From Thermodesulfobacteriota bacterium (GTDB lineage Bacteria; Desulfobacterota; BSN033; UBA1163): DNA of 45,168 nt. A model generated the notes under the pieces. It saw only the letters and a list, made by a program, of their open reading frames with translations, did no database searches and was not told where the DNA came from. The DNA lies in NCBI GenBank assembly GCA_041082155.1, contig JBDOIB010000407.1, positions 1 through 45,168 on the forward strand. The letters run 5' to 3'. The position numbers and the translations under genes were made by a program. Position 1 is the stretch's first letter; every line of letters starts with the position of its first letter. This document shows positions 35,110 through 43,976 of the stretch, piece after piece.

Positions 35110-37812
35110 TCATTCCATCTTTTCTTTTAACTCCAAGGCCTCTGACACAATTTTAACAATTTCTTCAAAATTAAAGGGCTTTGAGACCACCAGATCGATC
35201 CCGTTCTCCTTCATCTTCTCTCGATTCAACTCCATCCCCCATCCAGTAATCATCGCCACAGGAATCTTCGGATTCAGTTGTTTAATCCTCTTGCCGACTT
35301 CCCATCCTGAAATTTTGGGCATCCCTAAGTCAGTAAAGACGAGATCAAACGCTTCCTGTTTAAATCGCTGAATTCCTTCTTCTCCATTGGAAGCCGTAGC
35401 CACTTGATACCCTTTGGATAAAAGAATCTTAGTCAGAATCTCTCTGACTGGATCTTCATCATCGATTACCAGAATTCGAGCCTGACGTTTTTGTTCGAGG
35501 GTTCTCACCTCCTTTTTTTCAAACTCCTTTCTTTCCTCCTCATACCCCTTAGGAAGATGGATAATAAAGGTGGTCCCCTTTCCACTCTCGCTCTCGATTA
35601 AGATCTCTCCTCCATGGCGTTTAACAATCCCATAAGAGACACTGAGCCCCAGGCCAGAGCTTCCTACCCCTTTCGTCGTAAAAAAGGGATCAAATACTCT
35701 CTTTTTTACCTCTTCAGACATTCCTATTCCCGTATCAGATACTCTTACCTCTACCCAATCCTCTGAATGAGGATGGGTGGAAAGGGTAATTGTTCCACCG
35801 TATGGCATCGCATCAACAGCATTGAAGACCATATTGGTGAACACCTCTCTCAATTCGGATGGATTTCCCATGATAGGAGAAACCTCTCCTAATTGAAGAA
35901 CAAGCTGGATTTGGATTCCCTTCTGTTGAGCCTGATCTTTCCAGCGAGGTTCGGTGATCGTGGCGACTTCCTGGAGGATCTCGTTCAGATTGAGAGAAAT
36001 AAAAGTGGAATCCCTTCTAATCCCTGTAAATTCCTGAATCCGACGGACCGTCTCTGCTCCGTCTTTAGAAGCTTTCTCAATGACCCTCAACCTTTCCTGA
36101 ATCTCCTCAGGGCCTAACTGGTGAAATTGATGGAGCAGAAGCTGGATGTTTCCTAAAATGACGGCCAACACGTTATTGAAATCATGAGCCACTCCACTTG
36201 CCATTTCTCCCATGGCTCTCAATTTCTCTATTTGAATCATTTGATCCTGAGCCTTTTTCAACTCGATGAGGGTTTGCTTCAATTCTGAAAAAAGGTGAGC
36301 ATTTTCTATAAAAATGCTGATCTGACTACAGAAGGAGGAAAGGGTTTTGAGAGATTCTTCATCAAAGGCGCTCCTTTCATAACTTTCAATATCGAGAACA
36401 CCAATGACCCGATCTCTCACTTTTATTGGAAAGGCGACTTCTGACTTCACTTCCGGGAGGCCCAAAATATATCTTGAATCTCTTGAGACATCTGGAACAT
36501 AAAGGGGTTCCCCCTGTTGAGCCACCCAACCCACAATCCCATCTACTCCCACTCTAAATCGTAAATGTTTGACTTCTTCTATCTCTTTTCCAATGATTTT
36601 TCGGATATAGAGCTCATTTTTTTCCTGATCCAAGAGAAGGATACTGCACAAAGGATAACCCCATTGTTCTTTCAAGAGGATCAGAGCCTTTTGAAGCAAT
36701 TCATCCAAGTCCAACGTGGAGGAAAGCTGCTTCCCGACTTCGTAGAGGGTGGTGAGTTGTTTAATTTTTAATAGAGAGTCTTCATAGAGTTGTGCGTTTC
36801 CAATCGCAATCCCTGCCTGGTGAGCGAAGTTGGAGAGAAGATCAATTTCTTCCTTCCGAAAATGTCTCTTGGGATTGGAAGTCCCAATCGTCATAGCCCC
36901 GATCACCATCTCTCTTACAATCAAAGGAACTCCGATCACTTCTCTAAAGTGATACTCATCCAGCTCCTTTAATCGTTTTGGATTTTGATCATAATTTCCA
37001 TAATGGACGGGACCCTTTTTCTTTAAGACTTCTCCGATCACTCCCTTTGTCTCGAGGGAGACTTCTCTCCCCATCATGGATTCAGGGAGTCCATAAATAA
37101 TGACATACCGATAGGTTTGATTCCGATTGTCCCAAAGAACAACGGTTCCCGCCTCAGCCTTCAAAAGTTCAATCGCCTTCTCCATAATCTTCTGAAGGAT
37201 GACATTCAATTCGAGTTTGGAGGCGATCTCCTGACCGATCGAGTAAAGGGTCTTTAGTTCTTCAAGGCGTTTCACATTTTCGGAATAGAGAAAGGCTCTT
37301 TCCAATGCGCTACTGATGATCTGAGCGATCGAGGTAAAGAGGTTTCTGTTGAAAGGAGTAAACTGATAGAACTCCCGGCGAGCGATATTTAATGTTCCGT
37401 AGATTCTATTCCTGGTCTTCAAAGGAATCACCGCGAGGGATTTTAATCCTTCTTGGATGGCCACGGGAATGGCTTCAGGATAGTTGGGATAATCCTCAAT
37501 AAACAGGGGTTCCCCTGTCAGGGCAACTTTCCCCGTGGCTCCTTCCCCCAATTTCCATCGTTTCATCTCTTTAGAAAATGCTTTTGAGAATCCTCGATGA
37601 GCGACGTAGACCAATTCTTGTTCCATCTCATCGAGGAGGTAGATTCCGGCAGATTTTACATCGGTTAATTCCAGTATCTTATCAAGGCTTTTATTTAGAA
37701 TCTCATCGAGATCAATGGATTCATTAATACTCTGGCTAATGCTATTAAGAATGGATAGCTCCTGACCAAGCCTTACGGCGTCTGAATCTTTATTCTTTTT
37801 TCCCCTCCTCAT
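35110..37812 (-). CDS. Hybrid sensor histidine kinase (about three GAF domains + HisKA + HATPase + C-terminal receiver)
   Basis: 900 aa, cytoplasmic (no TM helices). H-box GVAHDFNNVL, G-boxes DTGIGMS / GLGLSVS and a receiver ILVIDDE...FTDLGMP. Confidence 0.85.
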   Translation of the reverse strand: MRRGKKNKDSDAVRLGQELSILNSISQSINESIDLDEILNKSLDKILELTDVKSAGIYLLDEMEQELVYVAHRGFSKAFSKEMKRWKLGEGATGKVALTGEPLFIEDYPNYPEAIPVAIQEGLKSLAVIPLKTRNRIYGTLNIARREFYQFTPFNRNLFTSIAQIISSALERAFLYSENVKRLEELKTLYSIGQEIASKLELNVILQKIMEKAIELLKAEAGTVVLWDNRNQTYRYVIIYGLPESMMGREVSLETKGVIGEVLKKKGPVHYGNYDQNPKRLKELDEYHFREVIGVPLIVREMVIGAMTIGTSNPKRHFRKEEIDLLSNFAHQAGIAIGNAQLYEDSLLKIKQLTTLYEVGKQLSSTLDLDELLQKALILLKEQWGYPLCSILLLDQEKNELYIRKIIGKEIEEVKHLRFRVGVDGIVGWVAQQGEPLYVPDVSRDSRYILGLPEVKSEVAFPIKVRDRVIGVLDIESYERSAFDEESLKTLSSFCSQISIFIENAHLFSELKQTLIELKKAQDQMIQIEKLRAMGEMASGVAHDFNNVLAVILGNIQLLLHQFHQLGPEEIQERLRVIEKASKDGAETVRRIQEFTGIRRDSTFISLNLNEILQEVATITEPRWKDQAQQKGIQIQLVLQLGEVSPIMGNPSELREVFTNMVFNAVDAMPYGGTITLSTHPHSEDWVEVRVSDTGIGMSEEVKKRVFDPFFTTKGVGSSGLGLSVSYGIVKRHGGEILIESESGKGTTFIIHLPKGYEEERKEFEKKEVRTLEQKRQARILVIDDEDPVREILTKILLSKGYQVATASNGEEGIQRFKQEAFDLVFTDLGMPKISGWEVGKRIKQLNPKIPVAMITGWGMELNREKMKENGIDLVVSKPFNFEEIVKIVSEALELKEKME

Positions 37813-37912
37813 CCTTTACTCCATCGAACGGGTGTTTGAGATTCAATCCACCTCTTTTCATATAATCCCAAACAGCCATAGCAGAATTTAAAATTTATTA
37901 TTAAATTCCTTT

Positions 37913-39325
37913 TTAAGGGGATGATGTCAACTCTCTGATCTCTTTTTGAGCCTCCTCCCTCTCTTCGCTTCCTCTATCCAACTCTTCTAATGCGGTTCGG
38001 AGATGTAAAAGGGCATTCTTTCTATCCCCTTTTAACTTAAAATACTTCCCGAAAAAAAAATGAGACAGCCCTTTCTGTCCGAGTCTGCCATAAATAGAAC
38101 CCAAGCTATGATAGACATCCATGAATTCAGGATGCTTCCTTTGTACTTTTTGAAAATGGGTTAACGCTCCTCTAAAATCCCCGTTGACCTGGTAAATCTT
38201 GCCCAAGTAAAAGAGCGTTAAGGAATCTGGATCCTGGCCTTTAGAGATAGAAAGGAGGCTCTCCAGATGCTTCCTCGCCTCCTCTGGTTTTCCTGCAAGG
38301 AAATAAACTACCCCGAGTTCCCTGAGAAGATCTGGATCTTGCGGAGCATAGGTCAATCCCATCTGAAAGGCCTCGACCGACTTATCCAACTTCCCCATCT
38401 TTCGGTAGGCGAGCCCCAAACCATAATAAGCTTCCACCCTTTTGGGATCGCTATCCGCCAGAGATTGAAAATGAACGATGGCCATATGAGGTTCTCTATC
38501 CTCTACCAGAGCCCTGGCTTGAATCTTCTCATAACCTCCTGTCATCCGAAAAGGGCCTTCAGACCTTGACACCGTCTGAAGAAGATTTCCCATGAGTGAG
38601 ATTCGATCTTCAATGGCAGGGTGAGTGGAAAGATAGAGAGGAATTTTTGGAAAGGAAGTAAGACTTAATTTGTAAATCTTATTCATAAACGTGATCAGTC
38701 CTTGAGGATCATAACCTGCCTTCATCATGTATCGAAGGCTGTTTTGATCCGCTTCCACCTCCATTTCTCGTGTGTATTTTAAAGCGAGAGCCTCAGCCGT
38801 AGCCATAGCAGTTGCCGCCATGGCCTCTGATGCCTTTCCCCCGCCTCCTACTAGCAGTCCGGCTACAATGGCAGCCACAGTGGCAATGTTGACTCGCTTT
38901 GATCTCTCAATCATCTTTGCCACATGCCGGGCCATAACGTGGGCGATTTCGTGGCTGATCACTCCTGCAAGCTCCTGTTCATTCTCTGCCAAAACAAGCA
39001 GCCCCGTGGTCAAAAATATATGGCCTCCTGGAATAGCATAGGCATTGGGTTCCAAATGCTTAATGAGATAAAACTTAAATTCAAAAGGAGTGGGTCCCGC
39101 CTGAGAAACTAAGGTCTCTCCTATATGTTGAATATAGGGATCGAGGATGAGGTCTTTCACTCGCTCCACACTTTTTTCCATTTCGAGAAGAATCTTCTCT
39201 CCCAATTTCTTCTCTTCGGCTATCGTCATGGCCCTAGCTAAACCGCAATGCACTGAGCTGAGGAAGAAGGTAAAAATTAAAAAAAGGATCAAAAAACTTT
39301 TATGAATTCGCAATGAAACCCCCAT
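37913..39325 (-). CDS. M48-family zinc metalloprotease with C-terminal TPR repeats (BepA-like), secreted
   Basis: Signal peptide, the HEIAHV (HExxH) motif, a downstream E, and repeated TPR-like YYGLGLAY / FYLGKIY segments. Confidence 0.85.
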   Translation of the reverse strand: MGVSLRIHKSFLILFLIFTFFLSSVHCGLARAMTIAEEKKLGEKILLEMEKSVERVKDLILDPYIQHIGETLVSQAGPTPFEFKFYLIKHLEPNAYAIPGGHIFLTTGLLVLAENEQELAGVISHEIAHVMARHVAKMIERSKRVNIATVAAIVAGLLVGGGGKASEAMAATAMATAEALALKYTREMEVEADQNSLRYMMKAGYDPQGLITFMNKIYKLSLTSFPKIPLYLSTHPAIEDRISLMGNLLQTVSRSEGPFRMTGGYEKIQARALVEDREPHMAIVHFQSLADSDPKRVEAYYGLGLAYRKMGKLDKSVEAFQMGLTYAPQDPDLLRELGVVYFLAGKPEEARKHLESLLSISKGQDPDSLTLFYLGKIYQVNGDFRGALTHFQKVQRKHPEFMDVYHSLGSIYGRLGQKGLSHFFFGKYFKLKGDRKNALLHLRTALEELDRGSEEREEAQKEIRELTSSP

Positions 39326-39485
39326 TCTCTTTTTAGCATATTAACACGTTCTCTCTTGTTCTACAATGAAAAAAATGAAAGGACATCTCCTTCAGCTATA
39401 GGGAAGCGACCCATCATAAAATAGCCAACTTAAGGCTCAATTATTTTATAAAATGATCGGGGAAAGACTCAGGACATGAAATTTT

Positions 39486-39558
39486 AAAAAAAGGCCCTAT
39501 ATATCCTTCTTAGATTGGGTGGGGTTTGGATGGTGGGAGTAAGAAGATATATAGGGCC
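39486..39558 (-). terminator. Long hairpin followed by a T7 run (minus strand); candidate rho-independent terminator of the cytochrome operon
   Basis: GGCCCTATATATC(C)TTCTTA / TAAGAAGATATATAGGGCC forms a roughly 19-bp stem with one bulge and a 27-nt loop. On the minus strand the stem is followed by TTTTTTT (complement of 39486-39492). Confidence 0.5.
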
Positions 39559-39597
39559 AAAAATGGTTTCTACACGTCGGCCTTTGGCTCTGGAGGT

Positions 39598-39768
39598 TCA
39601 TGAATGCTCTAAACAGGGACGATAAATACTCATTCCTCCCACTCGATCAACCTTCCATTTAAGCCATTCGAAAGTTCGTTTCAGGAAAGGCCCTCCATTC
39701 GTTCTAACCTTTTTCTTCCCTTTCTTCTTGGGATAGGGACCGTAACGCTCATGAATGTTTTCTGACAT
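39598..39768 (-). CDS. Small basic hypothetical protein (56 aa)
   Basis: Hand-found ORF MSENIHERYGPYPKKKGKKKVRTNGGPFLKRTFEWLKWKVDRVGGMSIYRPCLEHS. A GGGGGTGAAGG RBS-like run precedes the ATG. Lies between the cytochrome b stop and the terminator hairpin. Confidence 0.35.
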   Translation of the reverse strand: MSENIHERYGPYPKKKGKKKVRTNGGPFLKRTFEWLKWKVDRVGGMSIYRPCLEHS

Positions 39769-39790
39769 CAGCCTTCACCCCCTTTTTTAT

Positions 39791-40624
39791 TTATGTGCCT
39801 TTCCAGCCTTTAATCGTTTCATTGAGGCTTTGAACGATGCTGTAAAGGCGTCGGATGGATCTGGGTGATTTTACCTCTCCTTCTGGGCGAAGGGGATAAA
39901 CCTTTCCTCCTTCCCGGGCCGCCTCACCAAATTCAACAATCCGACCTTTGGCCTCTGCTTTTAACTTCTCAAGTTCCAAACCATGTTCCAGTTCCATCTC
40001 ATGTTCCGTCATTTCTCCTGAGATCCATGCCCAGTTCATGGGGTAGACATCGGGATTGAAAATCACGGAATAAAAATGCCAGACAATGATGGTCAGGGTC
40101 GCCAAAATCGCCTCGTAGAAATGGATGGTGCGAGCCAAATTATAGGTCCACTGCGGAAAATATTTTAACCACTCCACTTCAAACCATAAGATAAATCCTG
40201 TGATCGTCATGACCAAGGTTCCCCAGATTAAACCAAAATATTCAAATTTTTCTCTAAAATTAAATCGCCCCATCTTAATCACTTTAGGTGGTCGATTAAT
40301 AAATAAATTATTTTTTAAGGTCTCCCATAAATCCTGAGCATCTTTCCAGGTGGGAATCATATCCCTTATGATTCCCCTCCCTCTTTTTGTAAAGGCACAA
40401 TAAAGAATATGATATCCTCCTAAGAACACAATGGCTACCCCAGAGAGTCGATGGAGGAATCCTCGAAGGGTCATTCCTGCGGGAACCTCTGTGATTGGAG
40501 CAACCCAGAAGGCGGTTGGAAAACTAAGAGCAAAACCCGTAATGACTAAGATCGTGAAATTGATGAATAGATTTAAATGCTGAAGCCTTTCATTCAAAGT
40601 CATCCGGAGATATCTCTTTTGCAT
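39791..40624 (-). CDS. Membrane b-type cytochrome subunit (FdnI/HydC/PhsC-like)
   Basis: 277 aa. ERLQH start motif, 4-5 TM helices with conserved His (LHRL, YHIL, TIHFYE, VWHFY), and a soluble C-terminal tail of about 70 aa. Confidence 0.8.
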   Translation of the reverse strand: MQKRYLRMTLNERLQHLNLFINFTILVITGFALSFPTAFWVAPITEVPAGMTLRGFLHRLSGVAIVFLGGYHILYCAFTKRGRGIIRDMIPTWKDAQDLWETLKNNLFINRPPKVIKMGRFNFREKFEYFGLIWGTLVMTITGFILWFEVEWLKYFPQWTYNLARTIHFYEAILATLTIIVWHFYSVIFNPDVYPMNWAWISGEMTEHEMELEHGLELEKLKAEAKGRIVEFGEAAREGGKVYPLRPEGEVKSPRSIRRLYSIVQSLNETIKGWKGT

Positions 40625-40642
40625 TTTTGATCCACTCCCCTT

Positions 40643-41917
40643 TTATTTAGGTCTCCGTTCAATGGTCTTTCGAAGCCAATCCATAAAATTGAAGAAAACC
40701 ATTCCTCCAATGACCACGACAATCAATACGATATAAATGATCTTGACCCATCCCACTATTCGATCACCTATATCTTCAGCCTTTGGAGAAGGAACGGCAT
40801 GAATCTTTCCCTTTGCAAAGTTCTCCGAAGCCCCGGGATGGCAACTCCCGCAGGTTTTCTGAAGATTACTGGGGTGAACAGAGGATTTGGGATCTGTAGA
40901 GGGCCGAATATCATGGACTCCATGGCAGCTTGCACAGTTTGCGGAATAGGTATCTCCCCCTCTATAAGATAGACCATGGAAACTCTCATAATAGGATTTT
41001 ACCGGGGTGGTTGTGATTCTATATTCTTTTGAGATCCTCTCCGCAGCGTGGCATTGGGGACAGGTCGTCAAAGCGATCCGTCTTTCATGGACAGGAGAGT
41101 CAGGATCTATCTTAGCTTTAATCCCATGGATTCCGTGACAGGTTGTACAGGTGGGAGCATCGGTCCTTCCTCTTGCCGCTAAAATTCCATGGATACTCTC
41201 CACGAATTGCTGGGTAATCTCAGGATGACAGCCTCCGCAGGTCTGAGGAATATTCGATCGAAAGATTGAAGATTTAGGGTCAATTAAAGATCTAAGATTA
41301 TGACTTCCATGACAACTAATACAGGTGACCTCTCCTGACTTCCCATGAACACTCTTTTTGAACTCCTCTCCGGGAATAATGGAACCCAATGCATGTTCCC
41401 TCACAAACTCAATGTCGGAATGACAACGATTACAGGTTTGATCGATGTTAGATTTATGGGTTTTAGATTTAGGATTTTTACTGGGTAAAATATCATGCTT
41501 CCCATGACATTCATGACAGTAGGCAGCCCGTTCTGTCCCCTTCATGATCATTTTAGAATGTAGTCCCTGGAGATACTCCTTCTCGGCTTCCCTGTGGCAT
41601 GATCCACAGTTTACCTTTTTATCAGCCTTTTTCTTTCCACCTTCAGCATGAGTATCATCCTTTATATGGATATGACAGTCTGAACAGGAGAGTTTCCCAT
41701 GGGCTGAATTTTTAAATTCCGCTTCATTAACATAAAGAGAGACAGTTCCTCCTCTTTCATCTTGTTTCTTTAAAGTGGAATCTTTGTGACATTCCAAACA
41801 AAAACTGTTTTTTGCCCATCCTTCACCTACACCTAATCCAAAACCGAATAGGACGAAGAAGGAAAAGATCACCAAAAAGAGAATTAAAGGCTTATTTTTA
41901 CCTTCCCTTTCTCCCAT
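40643..41917 (-). CDS. Undecahaem c-type cytochrome with N-terminal signal/anchor and C-terminal TM helix
   Basis: 424 aa. I count 11 CxxCH motifs: CLECH, CSDCH, CGSCH, CHECH, CNRCH, CISCH, CGGCH, CTTCH, CPQCH, CASCH, CGSCH. A hydrophobic helix IIYIVLIVVVIGGMVFF lies near the C-terminus. Confidence 0.9.
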   Translation of the reverse strand: MGEREGKNKPLILFLVIFSFFVLFGFGLGVGEGWAKNSFCLECHKDSTLKKQDERGGTVSLYVNEAEFKNSAHGKLSCSDCHIHIKDDTHAEGGKKKADKKVNCGSCHREAEKEYLQGLHSKMIMKGTERAAYCHECHGKHDILPSKNPKSKTHKSNIDQTCNRCHSDIEFVREHALGSIIPGEEFKKSVHGKSGEVTCISCHGSHNLRSLIDPKSSIFRSNIPQTCGGCHPEITQQFVESIHGILAARGRTDAPTCTTCHGIHGIKAKIDPDSPVHERRIALTTCPQCHAAERISKEYRITTTPVKSYYESFHGLSYRGGDTYSANCASCHGVHDIRPSTDPKSSVHPSNLQKTCGSCHPGASENFAKGKIHAVPSPKAEDIGDRIVGWVKIIYIVLIVVVIGGMVFFNFMDWLRKTIERRPK

Positions 41918-42002
41918 GATATCCTCCTCGGAAATCTACCATATCATTATTTTTTAAGATGATCGAACCCCACCTGAGTATATTATGGTTTAACGTTAAT
42001 AT

Positions 42003-42018
42003 TGCATTTCATGTGCCA
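42003..42018 (-). promoter_or_regulatory. Sigma54 (-24/-12) promoter TGGCAC-N5-ATGCA
   Basis: The minus strand reads TGGCACATGAAATGCA with canonical GG-to-GC spacing. Sits 86 nt upstream of the cytochrome c start, downstream of a sigma54-dependent regulator gene. Confidence 0.6.
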
Positions 42019-42103
42019 ATATTGGAATAAAAACAAAGTTAATTTAACTTATTGAATTTTTTGAATTTTTTAAGAAATATCTTCAGAGAGATTTAATAAA
42101 ATT

Positions 42104-42120
42104 GTATATAAAAAATATAC
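42104..42120. promoter_or_regulatory. Palindrome GTATAT-N5-ATATAC (candidate enhancer-binding site)
   Basis: Perfect 6+5+6 palindrome about 90-100 nt upstream of the -24 element. The context is AT-rich, so chance occurrence is possible. Confidence 0.25.
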
Positions 42121-42206
42121 TATTTTGAGATCAATTTGAGCAAAAATTCACTAATTATTTGAATTCTCAAGTTTTCTTAAAAAATAAAATATTTATACAC
42201 TTATGT

Positions 42207-42413
42207 TTAAAAACCAAGGGTCCTTGCTAAAATGGAGAAAGCGATAATCGGAATGAGCCAGCAAAAAAAAGCTATTATAAAACAAAGGGTTACATCATCT
42301 GTTTCAATCTTCTTAATCTCTCCATATTTCACGATCAGAATTAAGCCGAGAGCGGCAATCCCAACAACAACAATGGACCATCCAATAATCAACCATTTGA
42401 AGAAATCCGACAC
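42207..42413 (-). CDS. Small membrane protein (68 aa, two TM helices)
   Basis: The ORF-track protein MSDFFKWLIIGWSIVVVGIAALGLILIV...CFIIAFFCWLIPIIAFSIL has two clear hydrophobic helices. No family recognised. Confidence 0.5.
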   Translation of the reverse strand: MSDFFKWLIIGWSIVVVGIAALGLILIVKYGEIKKIETDDVTLCFIIAFFCWLIPIIAFSILARTLGF

Positions 42414-42507
42414 TACAATTTTCTCTTTTTTACTTTTTTTAGTAATTATGGGAATATGGGCGAAATGAACCTAACTGAAAGAAGTCCAAATTTCTCCCAT
42501 TGTTTCG

Positions 42508-43911
42508 TCAGGACTCTTCCCTTACCCTTAGATTATACTTCCTCATTAAAGCCTGGAAATTGGGTCTTAGCATCCCAACATCCTCCGCTGCTTTGGTCAC
42601 ATTCCACTGATTTCGTTCTAAAGCACTCAATACAAACGCCCTCTCTATCTCCTCCACTGCCTTTTCACGAAGCTGTTTTTTGATCTCCTTCAATTCTTCA
42701 CTCGTTTCTGGGATCTTTCTATTCACCCCTTCTCTTTCGGGCTGCCCGGGAAGGATGAGATGTTCCTCTCGAACCATCTCCTCATCGGTCATAATTACTG
42801 TTCTTTCAATCACGTTTTCCAATTCCCTCACGTTTCCTGGCCATGGATATTTTAATAATTTTCCCATCGCCTCTGGAGTGAACCCTTTGATCTTCTTCCC
42901 CATCTGTTCCGAATATTTCTTCAAAAAATGCATCGCCAGGAGAGGAATATCCTCTTGACGCTCCTTAAGAGGGGGGATGAAGATGGGAACAATATTAAGT
43001 CGATAGTAAAGATCTTCTCGAAAGGTACCCTCTTTAATCATCTTTTCAAGATCCTTGTTCGTTGCAGCAATCAACCGAATATCCACCTTTTTGGGTTTTG
43101 TCCCTCCCACAGGGAGGAATTCTCTCTCCTGAAGAAATCTGAGAAGTTTAGCCTGAATCGCTAAACTAATATTCCCGATTTCATCTAAGAAGAGGGTTCC
43201 TCCATCAGCCACCTCAAAAAGCCCGGGTTTTGTACTCACGGCACCCGTGAATGAACCCCTCACATGGCCGAAAAGTTCGCTCTCAAGAAGGTTCTCCGAT
43301 AGAACGGCACAGTCCACCGGGACAAAGGGCTTTTCCCTTCTGGGGCTGTTAAAATGAATCGCCCGAGCGATAAGCTCCTTTCCCGTCCCACTCTGTCCAT
43401 AAATGAGGACCGTACTGTCGGTGGGCGCCACTTTCGTGATGATTCGATAGATCTCCTGCATCTTTTTGCTTTTCCCTACAATATTGTCAAATCCATATTT
43501 CTCCTGAAGCTCCTGACGAAGATAAATATTTTCCAATAGAAGGTTTTTCTGCTCAACCGCCTTCCGGACCACGACTAAGACTTCGTCGGGAGTAAAGGGT
43601 TTGGGAATATAGTCGAACGCCCCTAATTTCATAGCCTCCACAGCCGTTTCCACGGTGGAGAAACCCGTAATCATGATCACGATGGTATGGGGATATTCCT
43701 TCCGAATCGTTCTTAACACCTCCATTCCATCGATCCCCGGCATTTTAAGGTCAGTAATGACAATATCAAAGGGGTTCTCCCTCATCTTCTCAAAGGCTTC
43801 CTTACCGCTCAATGCAATTTCCACTTCATATCCTTCTTCTTCCAGGATACGCTTACAGCTCTCACAAACAATCATCTCATCATCTACGACTAGTATCCTC
43901 GTTGCGGGCAC
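42508..43911 (-). CDS. Sigma54-dependent response regulator (NtrC family)
   Basis: 467 aa. TDLKMPGIDG receiver, GQSGTGKE Walker A, GSFTGA loop (a GAFTGA variant) and a C-terminal HTH. GTG start with GGAGGGG 8 nt upstream. Confidence 0.9.
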   Translation of the reverse strand: MPATRILVVDDEMIVCESCKRILEEEGYEVEIALSGKEAFEKMRENPFDIVITDLKMPGIDGMEVLRTIRKEYPHTIVIMITGFSTVETAVEAMKLGAFDYIPKPFTPDEVLVVVRKAVEQKNLLLENIYLRQELQEKYGFDNIVGKSKKMQEIYRIITKVAPTDSTVLIYGQSGTGKELIARAIHFNSPRREKPFVPVDCAVLSENLLESELFGHVRGSFTGAVSTKPGLFEVADGGTLFLDEIGNISLAIQAKLLRFLQEREFLPVGGTKPKKVDIRLIAATNKDLEKMIKEGTFREDLYYRLNIVPIFIPPLKERQEDIPLLAMHFLKKYSEQMGKKIKGFTPEAMGKLLKYPWPGNVRELENVIERTVIMTDEEMVREEHLILPGQPEREGVNRKIPETSEELKEIKKQLREKAVEEIERAFVLSALERNQWNVTKAAEDVGMLRPNFQALMRKYNLRVREES

Positions 43912-43976
43912 CCTTTTCCCCTCCTTATTGCAACTTACCCATCCAAATAAATATTATCACAAAAAAAAGACCTCTT

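Noticed and set aside
39513-39539. G-rich loop (GGGTGGGGTTTGGATGGTGGG) as a G-quadruplex
   Set aside because: Two of the four runs are only GG. The segment is also the loop of a strong hairpin that is better explained as a terminator.
43929-43945. Sigma54-like element TGGATGGGTAAGTTGCA (minus strand) just upstream of the 42508-43911 regulator
   Set aside because: The GG-to-GC spacing is 13 nt rather than the canonical 12. The element would sit only about 20 nt from the GTG start and overlap the RBS, so it is probably a chance match.
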